DNA of 32,000 nt from an uncultured Erysipelotrichaceae bacterium (lineage in GTDB: Bacteria; Bacillota_I; Bacilli_A; Erysipelotrichales; Erysipelotrichaceae), in the NCBI GenBank assembly GCA_964436975.1, contig CAYTET010000001.1, positions 1 to 32,000 on the forward strand, read 5' to 3'. Below the pieces are notes generated by a model that worked only from the letters and a program-made list of their open reading frames with translations, did no database searches and was not told the origin of the DNA. The position numbers were made by a program, and so were the translations under genes. Positions 25,847 through 32,000 of the stretch are shown piece by piece (the stretch's first letter is position 1; each line of letters opens with the position of its first letter).

Positions 25847-27022
25847 TCAGCGGGAAGTACCGGCCGGCAGTTTCTTGTAGACAGCCAGCAGGCTCAGGGG
25901 AATAACCGCAATAAGACCGATGATGATTAAAGCAGTGTTGATGCCGAATACGGTCTCCAGGACGCCTGACAGCAGCGGGGCTGCTAAAAGCGAGCCGCTG
26001 GAATACAGGGCCAAGGCGGTCTGCTGACCGCTGGACTTGAGATAAGCCGGTGTCTGTTCGTCAATAATCCGCTTGGCGGCCACCATCTGCAGGCCGAAAC
26101 TGAAAAACTGCAGCAGGCTCAGCAGAATCATCTGGGTGGCATTGGCCGCAAAGCCATACAGCACATAGCGGATTCCTAAAGCCAGGGCCGCCACCTTCAG
26201 CATGTCCAGCAGACCGAATTTCTTGTTTAAGAAGTCCCCGGCAAAAAACATCGGCAGTTCCACAATGGCCTGCAGCGTCCAGTACCAGCTGATCTGCATA
26301 TCCGTCGCCTTGAGAATGGTCAGTTTGTCAATGACGGCATAGTTGCACATATCGCCGATCAGAAAGATGAAAAACAGAATGGCAATCGCCAGCCGGTAGC
26401 GCTGGTTTTTCAGCAGCTGTCGGGTATCACTGAATTTGAGCGGGGTCGCGCTGCCCTTTTTCTGGGCATCGGGAATCAGCAGGGCAATCAGCAGAATGAT
26501 CAGACAGACGGACGCAAAGCCCCATGATAAGCCCTTATAGCCAAACTGGCTGACAATAAAAGCCGCCAGCGGCGAGCCGACCGCCCAGCCCAGCGAACCC
26601 TGGGCCCGGATCGTGCCGTAATGGCTGTTGCATTCGCTGTCAGACTCTAAAACCCAGCTGTCCAGCAGGCCGTCGCAGATATTCATCATAGCTCCGGTAA
26701 AGGCCGCCAGAAGCAGGTGCACCAGATAGTCATGCCCCGGATACAGGTAGAAAGCCGCATTTATGAAGATATAGAAGATAAACAGAATAAAGGCCAGCGG
26801 CTTGATGAAGCGGAACCGGTCGCACATAAAGCCGACGATTACCTGGCCCAGAATGGAGAAAACGGCCACGCCGGCAAAAATGACGCTGCGCTGCATGGTG
26901 GAATAGCCCAGGCTGATCAGATAGGCCATCATAAAACAGTAGGAAACCGCTTCGGCCACAAAGGCAAACAGGTAAATGGCGCTGAACTTCAGGCTTTTGG
27001 GAGTCAATTTCATAACTGACAT
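25847..27022 (-). CDS. MFS transporter
   Basis: 391 aa with about 12 TM helices and a central loop (PDAQKKGSATPLKFSDTRQ). Substrate unknown. No clear RBS. Confidence 0.7.
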   Translation of the reverse strand: MSVMKLTPKSLKFSAIYLFAFVAEAVSYCFMMAYLISLGYSTMQRSVIFAGVAVFSILGQVIVGFMCDRFRFIKPLAFILFIFYIFINAAFYLYPGHDYLVHLLLAAFTGAMMNICDGLLDSWVLESDSECNSHYGTIRAQGSLGWAVGSPLAAFIVSQFGYKGLSWGFASVCLIILLIALLIPDAQKKGSATPLKFSDTRQLLKNQRYRLAIAILFFIFLIGDMCNYAVIDKLTILKATDMQISWYWTLQAIVELPMFFAGDFLNKKFGLLDMLKVAALALGIRYVLYGFAANATQMILLSLLQFFSFGLQMVAAKRIIDEQTPAYLKSSGQQTALALYSSGSLLAAPLLSGVLETVFGINTALIIIGLIAVIPLSLLAVYKKLPAGTSR

Positions 27023-27046
27023 TGTAGCACAAAGTATCCGGCCCGT

Positions 27047-27075
27047 TTGTGAAAAGGGCGGAATTGCTATAGAAT
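27047..27075 (+). promoter_or_regulatory. Candidate sigma-A promoter for the GH1 gene
   Basis: -35 TTGTGA (27047-27052), 17-nt spacer, -10 TAGAAT (27070-27075). Confidence 0.4.
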
Positions 27076-27118
27076 TGAGAAAATGCTTCGGCCAATCAAC
27101 AAAAGAAAGGTTACTGCC

Positions 27119-28570
27119 ATGACTGACTGTCTTAAAACTGCACCGTTTCCCGCCGATTTTATCTGGGGAGCTTCCAGCAGCGCCTATCAGTGTGAAGGCG
27201 CCTATAACCAGGACGGCAAGGGCTTATCTGTCCAGGATGTAACCCCGCATCTGCCTCACACCGCCAGCTTCAAAGCCGGCGTTGATCACTATCACCGCTA
27301 TAAGGAAGACATTGCCCTGATGGCGGAGATGGGCCTGAAGGCCTACCGCTTTTCCATTGCCTGGACCCGTCTTTTCCCTAAGGGAAGCGGCCAGGTCAAT
27401 CCGGCCGGCGTCGCCCATTATCATGACGTCATCAATGAGTGTCTGAAATACCACATTGAGCCGATTGTCACGCTTTATCATTTTGACCTGCCCCTGGCCC
27501 TGCAGCTGAAAGGCGGCTGGAACAACCGGGCCACCATTGACGCCTTTGTCAATTACAGCACCCTTTGCTTCCGGGAATACGGGTCTAAAGTTAAATATTT
27601 TCTGACCATCAACGAGCAGAATATGATGGTGCTTTATAATCTGGGCGGCTATGGCAGTGCTAAAAAGCGCTGGCAGGCCAGTCATAACATGCTGGTAGCC
27701 GCCGCCTTAGCCATGCAGCAGTGCCATTGCCTGTGTGCAGCCAAAATCGGGCCGGCACCCAACGTGCCCTGCATTTATCCGCTGACCGACAGCCCGGCCG
27801 ACCAGCAGGCTGCCTTGAATTTCGCCCAGCTGCGCAACCACATGTTCATCCAGCCCCTGGTTGACGGCACTTATCCGCCCCTGGCCGCGGCCTACCTGAA
27901 GAAGCATAACTGCTACCCGGAGTTTGAACCAGGTGACCAGGAGGCTTTGCGTCAGGCCCATCCGGATTTTATTGCTTTCAATTATTACGGAGGTGAAACG
28001 GTCCGCTATACCGATGCCGCCCAAAGCCGCCTGCTGATTGCCAAAGGCCGGAAGTACTGGCATGCCTTTACCGATTTTGACGGCTTCAAACAGGACTTTA
28101 CCACGGCTAAGATGACCTTTGCGGATTATGCTTCCCTGACGGTCAACCCGCGCCAGAAAATGACTTCCTATAAAATGGCTATTGATCCGGACGGTCTGCT
28201 GGTTATTCTGCATGAACTGACCGATCGCTATCATCTGCCGCTGCTGATAACCGAAAACGGCTGCGGGGTCAAAGACGTGCTTACTTCCGATGACCGCATC
28301 CATGACCCCTACCGCATCGATTATCTGCGGCTGCATATTAAAGCCTGTGCGGCCGCCATTAGCCAGGGCGTCGATCTGATCGGCTACTGCCCCTGGTCGG
28401 CGTTTGATTTGATTTCAACCCATCAGGGCATCACCAAGCGCTACGGCTTTATCTATGTTGACCGGGAGGAAAAGCATCTCAGGCAGCTGCGCCGGCTGCG
28501 CAAAGACTCCTTTTTCTGGTATAAAAAGGTCATTGCAGCCAACGGCAGCGAGCTGGACGATGATAAATGA
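27119..28570 (+). CDS. GH1 6-phospho-beta-glucosidase (start trimmed to the ATG at 27119)
   Basis: 483 aa with FPADFIWGASSSAYQCEG, acid/base Glu in FLTINEQN, nucleophile Glu in LLITENGCG, and the C-terminal CPWSAFDLIS...KRYGFIYVD that is typical of the phospho-specific subgroup. Confidence 0.85.
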   Translation: MTDCLKTAPFPADFIWGASSSAYQCEGAYNQDGKGLSVQDVTPHLPHTASFKAGVDHYHRYKEDIALMAEMGLKAYRFSIAWTRLFPKGSGQVNPAGVAHYHDVINECLKYHIEPIVTLYHFDLPLALQLKGGWNNRATIDAFVNYSTLCFREYGSKVKYFLTINEQNMMVLYNLGGYGSAKKRWQASHNMLVAAALAMQQCHCLCAAKIGPAPNVPCIYPLTDSPADQQAALNFAQLRNHMFIQPLVDGTYPPLAAAYLKKHNCYPEFEPGDQEALRQAHPDFIAFNYYGGETVRYTDAAQSRLLIAKGRKYWHAFTDFDGFKQDFTTAKMTFADYASLTVNPRQKMTSYKMAIDPDGLLVILHELTDRYHLPLLITENGCGVKDVLTSDDRIHDPYRIDYLRLHIKACAAAISQGVDLIGYCPWSAFDLISTHQGITKRYGFIYVDREEKHLRQLRRLRKDSFFWYKKVIAANGSELDDDK

Positions 28571-28618
28571 GCCGGCCGGTTGTGCTATACTAATCACGGA
28601 CTTATAAGGAGATACGGC

Positions 28619-29881
28619 ATGCATCAAGTACTTAAAATCGAAGGCGGACATCCTTTATCAGGCCGGATTGAAGTGTCCGGGGCTAAAAATGCGACTGTCG
28701 CCCTGATTCCGGCGGCCATTCTGGCCAGCCAGGTTGTCACCATCACCGGCATTCCTGATATTGACGATGTTGCTTCGCTGATGGAGATTCTGCATTACCT
28801 GGATGTCGATGTTCAGATTGTCGACACCGGCCATATTATCATTGACCCCTCCAGGATGACCAACAAACCGCTGGTCATTGATGCTGTCACCAAACTGAGA
28901 GCTTCCTACTATTTCATGGGCGCCCTGCTGGGCACGTATAAACATGTCATCATCAAAATGCCCGGCGGCTGCAATCTGGGCCCCCGGCCGATTGATCTGC
29001 ACCTGAAGGCTTTCGAGGCCCTGGGCGCCACGGTCAAATACAAAGACAATACTTATGAACTGACAGCTGACCGGCTGGTGGGAACCCGGATCTATCTGGA
29101 CTTCTGCTCGGTGGGAGCAACCATCAACATCATGATGGCGGCCTGTATGGCTATGGGCCGCACCTATATCCAGAATGCGGCCAAAGAGCCGGAGATCATT
29201 GATGTGGCCACCCTGCTGAACAAGATGGGCGCCCGCATCCACGGCATGGGCACCAATGTCATCACCATTGACGGCGTTGACCGGCTGGACGGCTGCTTTC
29301 ATGAAATCATTCCCGACCGGATTGAAGCCGGCACCTTCATCATCATGGCGGCAGCCATCGGTCACAATGTCACCGTCAACAACATCATTCCCAAGCATCT
29401 GGAAGCTTTGCTGTCAAAACTGACTGAAATCGGCATCGGACTGGATGTCGGCCTGGACCATCTGACCGTCAATTCATCATCCCTGCTGACGGCATCCGAT
29501 ATAATGACAATGGTTTATCCCGGCCTGGCCACTGATCTGCAGGCGCCTCTGACGGCTCTGCTGACCCAGGCCCAGGGCCGCTCCACAGTGACCGAGACCA
29601 TCTACCCCCAGCGCTTCAAGCACTGCGAGCAGCTCAACAAGATGGGAGCTGACATCAGCGTCACCGCTCCGACGGCGGTCATCAACGGTCCGACGGCCCT
29701 GCACGGGGCTGATGTGGTTGCCACCGATTTAAGATGCGGCGCCAGTCTGGTTGTTGCCGGGCTGCTGGCCCAAGGCATCACCACGATTGAAGACATTTAT
29801 CATATTGACCGCGGCTATGAAAACCTGGACGGCAAACTGCAGGCTCTGGGTGCACATATCTGGCGGCAGAACGTTGACTAA
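28619..29881 (+). CDS. murA: UDP-N-acetylglucosamine 1-carboxyvinyltransferase (start trimmed to the ATG at 28619)
   Basis: 420 aa with [21 protein letters not shown], the active-site Cys loop [17 protein letters not shown], and the C-terminal [15 protein letters not shown]...[21 protein letters not shown]. Confidence 0.95.
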   Translation: MHQVLKIEGGHPLSGRIEVSGAKNATVALIPAAILASQVVTITGIPDIDDVASLMEILHYLDVDVQIVDTGHIIIDPSRMTNKPLVIDAVTKLRASYYFMGALLGTYKHVIIKMPGGCNLGPRPIDLHLKAFEALGATVKYKDNTYELTADRLVGTRIYLDFCSVGATINIMMAACMAMGRTYIQNAAKEPEIIDVATLLNKMGARIHGMGTNVITIDGVDRLDGCFHEIIPDRIEAGTFIIMAAAIGHNVTVNNIIPKHLEALLSKLTEIGIGLDVGLDHLTVNSSSLLTASDIMTMVYPGLATDLQAPLTALLTQAQGRSTVTETIYPQRFKHCEQLNKMGADISVTAPTAVINGPTALHGADVVATDLRCGASLVVAGLLAQGITTIEDIYHIDRGYENLDGKLQALGAHIWRQNVD

Positions 29882-29908
29882 GTTGTTTTAACAATCACTA
29901 TTGACTGA

Positions 29909-29936
29909 GGCCGGAGTTCTATGCTCCGGCTTTTTG
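29909..29936 (+). terminator. Rho-independent terminator after murA
   Basis: GCCGGAG-ttctatg-CTCCGGC followed by TTTTT. Confidence 0.85.
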
Positions 29937-29958
29937 GCGGTCTGAATCATGTATTGAT

Positions 29959-29987
29959 TTGATACCGGAGCTGAAAACTCTTATGAT
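29959..29987 (+). promoter_or_regulatory. Candidate sigma-A promoter for the HNH/methyltransferase pair
   Basis: -35 TTGATA (29959-29964), 17-nt spacer, -10 TATGAT (29982-29987), about 70 nt upstream of the ATG at 30057. Confidence 0.45.
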
Positions 29988-30056
29988 ACTATTAAATATA
30001 TTGGCAAAGACCGATCCAAAATAATCATTCTTTTCAGCCCGCAAAGGAGATCAATT

Positions 30057-31190
30057 ATGCCGCTTCCTTATTCAGACACCCTGCCGATAGGCCGGCTGGC
30101 CAGGATATTTGACAGCACCAGCGAATGTTACAAGTTCTTCTGGTTCAAAGCCGTTTTTAATTTCACCATCGAGGGCCAAACGGTCATGCGCTATGAAGAC
30201 CTGGTTGATGAAATGATTGCTGACGCCTGGTATATGGTTACGGAATACCATCTGAATCTCGGCCCGGCCGATACCCTGGAAAAAGTTGTCAGCATGATAA
30301 GCCAGCGTTCGGCGCTGCGCTCAAATCAGAAAAAAACCAGCATCATTGACTGGCTGAAAAACTCCGAAGACAAGGAAATAATCCGCTGCAAAAACACTTT
30401 GATAATTAACGTCCCCTACCGCCTGCAGTCGCCTTTCTTTACGGCAATCCGCTCGTCAACCGGTGACTGGAAACTGCCAAAAGACGGGCTGATAGTCAGG
30501 CTGAACAGTTATACCGACGCGCTTTATTCCTATGGGCCTTATAAAGGCCTAGATACAGTCATCACCGTAAGACCGGAATGGGCTCTATATCTTATAGCCA
30601 ATCAGCAGGTTATCAGTGGCTGGGTTGAATACTGCATGATCCAGTATCTGCAGAAACGAAATCCGGGGATTCCCGGAATCATCGACAAAATATATCCGCC
30701 GTGTGAAAGAGACTTAAAACTGGTTAAGGTTTATTACAAAGAACTGCTGCAGATTAGAGCCATGCATGACATATATTCCAGCATCACTATAGACAGTAAT
30801 ACCGATATTTCGATAGACCATTTCATTCCCTGGTCATTTGTAGCTCATGACGAATTATGGAACCTGTGCCCGACTTTGAAATGCATTAACAGCAGCAAGA
30901 ATAATTCCCTTCCGGACTGGGTTTCTTACTTTCCGAGGCTTCGAGAACAGGAGTATGAAAACTGCCAGTTAATCTGGAGTTATGATTCTGTTCGCCGGGC
31001 CTTTGAAAGCTGTGCCCGTAAAAATCTTAATGATGATCACATTAAGGCGGTTTTATACCGGCCGGATATTGCCCGGGACGATTTTTACCGCCGACTGGAG
31101 GAAATAATCAAACCATCTTATTTATCAGCAAAAAACAGCGGTTTTGCGAGTTGGAAATATGACAAGGAAAGTTTAAAACATGGCGAATAG
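30057..31190 (+). CDS. HNH(HNN)-endonuclease-domain protein with a large uncharacterised N-terminal region
   Basis: 377 aa. The C-terminal third carries DISIDHFIPWSFVAHDELWNLCPTLKCINSSKNNSLP, the His-Me finger pattern DH...WNL...N. Residues ~1-250, including ECYKFFWFKAVFNF, match nothing I can name. RBS AAAGGAGA. Confidence 0.7.
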   Translation: MPLPYSDTLPIGRLARIFDSTSECYKFFWFKAVFNFTIEGQTVMRYEDLVDEMIADAWYMVTEYHLNLGPADTLEKVVSMISQRSALRSNQKKTSIIDWLKNSEDKEIIRCKNTLIINVPYRLQSPFFTAIRSSTGDWKLPKDGLIVRLNSYTDALYSYGPYKGLDTVITVRPEWALYLIANQQVISGWVEYCMIQYLQKRNPGIPGIIDKIYPPCERDLKLVKVYYKELLQIRAMHDIYSSITIDSNTDISIDHFIPWSFVAHDELWNLCPTLKCINSSKNNSLPDWVSYFPRLREQEYENCQLIWSYDSVRRAFESCARKNLNDDHIKAVLYRPDIARDDFYRRLEEIIKPSYLSAKNSGFASWKYDKESLKHGE

Positions 31191-31770
31191 AACTATTGCC
31201 TATTACGATGAAAATGCCGCTTCTTTTGCGGACGGTACAAAACAGGCCGACATGCACCTTACGGCTGATTTATTTCTGCGCCACCTTCCGGCAAACAGCC
31301 TGATTCTTGATTTTGGCTGCGGCACCGGCCGGGACAGTCTGTACTTCATTAAGCATGGCTGCCGGGTTTCGGCAATTGACGGCTCTGTTGAAATGTGCCG
31401 GATGGCGAGCTCTTTTACAGGACTGCCGGTCCGCAAGGAAGCCTTCGCGGATTTTGCGGATAAAGACACCTATAACGGCATCTGGGCCTGTGCTTCGATC
31501 CTGCATATGCCAAAAGACGATCTGCCTGACATGTTTACCAGACTTGCGGATGCTCTTTTAAATAAGGGTGTTCTATATGTCTCATTCAAGTATGGCGACT
31601 TTGAAGGAGACCGGGACGGCCGCTATTTCACGGACCTGAATGAAGCTTTGCTGCGGGGTATAGTTAATAATGTCTTATCGCTGCACGAGCTTACCATGTG
31701 GATCAGTAATGATGTGAGAACGGATCGTACTCAGCAGAAATGGCTTAATGCGCTGTATGTAAAAGGATAG
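31180..31770 (+). CDS. Class I SAM-dependent methyltransferase (small-molecule/RNA-type fold, not an obvious DNA MTase)
   Basis: 196 aa with motif I ILDFGCGTGRDSLYF, post-I SAIDGS and IWACASILHM. It has no (D/N/S)PP(Y/F/W) or PCQ motif. The start overlaps the HNH ORF by 11 nt, with RBS AAGGAAAG inside that ORF. Confidence 0.8.
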   Translation: MANRTIAYYDENAASFADGTKQADMHLTADLFLRHLPANSLILDFGCGTGRDSLYFIKHGCRVSAIDGSVEMCRMASSFTGLPVRKEAFADFADKDTYNGIWACASILHMPKDDLPDMFTRLADALLNKGVLYVSFKYGDFEGDRDGRYFTDLNEALLRGIVNNVLSLHELTMWISNDVRTDRTQQKWLNALYVKG

Positions 31771-31921
31771 AAATAAGTGACAGCGGCCCTTGCACCGAGG
31801 GCCTGAAAACAGTTCAAGTTAGCTTAAACTCGTCCTTGCATCACGGGGAAAGCTATGGTAGCATAATAGAGCACTTACTTTGATTCGATCAGAGATTCAA
31901 GGCAGAAGGAGAAAGAGAAAA

Positions 31922-32000
31922 ATGAAAAAAGAGATCCATCCTACCGTTTACGAGACCAAGGTTGTCTGCACTTCCTGCGGCAATGAGTTTACGACCCATT
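31922..32000 (+). CDS. rpmE: 50S ribosomal protein L31 (5' part; runs off the window)
   Basis: MKKEIHPTVYETKVVCTSCGNEFTTH, with RBS AAGGAGAAAG upstream. The CxxC marks the zinc-ribbon (type A) form. Confidence 0.85.
   Translation, partial: MKKEIHPTVYETKVVCTSCGNEFTTH

Noticed and set aside
31785-31803. Hairpin GGCCCT-tgcaccg-AGGGCC after the methyltransferase gene as its terminator. Also a possible rpmE promoter (TTGCAT...TAGCAT/CATAAT) around 31836-31870.
   Set aside because: The hairpin has only a 6-bp stem and no U-tract. The promoter hexamers are either poorly matched or wrongly spaced (17 nt to TAGCAT, 20 nt to CATAAT). Neither is strong enough to report as a feature.

Overview
The window looks like chromosome from a Bacillota (Firmicutes-type) bacterium of moderately high GC. 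This is judged from gene content and from synteny resembling Bacillus subtilis ywlC-glyA-upp-atpIBEFHA and murA...rpmE. I found 33 supportable protein-coding loci. I saw no rRNA, tRNA, CRISPR array, transposase or integrase.

Layout:
- 2-6014 (minus strand): F-type ATP synthase genes (I, a, c, b and a fused delta-alpha ORF), followed by upp, glyA and tsaC/ywlC.
- 6095-10490 (minus strand): a five-gene cluster matching the uncharacterised E. coli yhfZ-yhfY-yhfU-yhfT-yhfS genes in the same order, but without php, yhfW or yhfX.
- 10654-13716 (plus strand): esterase, ROK kinase and MBL-fold hydrolase.
- 13721-16369: a divergent pair that are both disrupted. The PRD/HTH regulator is frameshifted in an A8 tract, and the GNAT acetyltransferase has an in-frame TGA.
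- 16404-21795 (minus strand): a 351-aa hypothetical protein, mannose-class PTS IIB/IIC/IID, a separately terminated IIA, and a MATE exporter.
- 22047-23342: a gene that looks AT-richer by eye, encoding an AlbA_2/Schlafen-like ATP-binding wHTH protein.
- 23466-27022: an NfnAB-like oxidoreductase and an MFS transporter.
- 27119-29881: a GH1 6-phospho-beta-glucosidase and murA.
- 30057-31770: a translationally coupled HNH-nuclease/small SAM-methyltransferase pair with its own promoter, followed by the start of rpmE.

Best candidates for something undescribed:
1. The HNH-methyltransferase module.
2. The reduced yhf-like transport/catabolic cluster with internal terminator-like hairpins.
3. The delta-alpha ATP synthase fusion, which has a duplicated alpha N-terminal helix and stops abruptly at the window edge.

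All family calls rest on motif recognition by eye. No database search was run.
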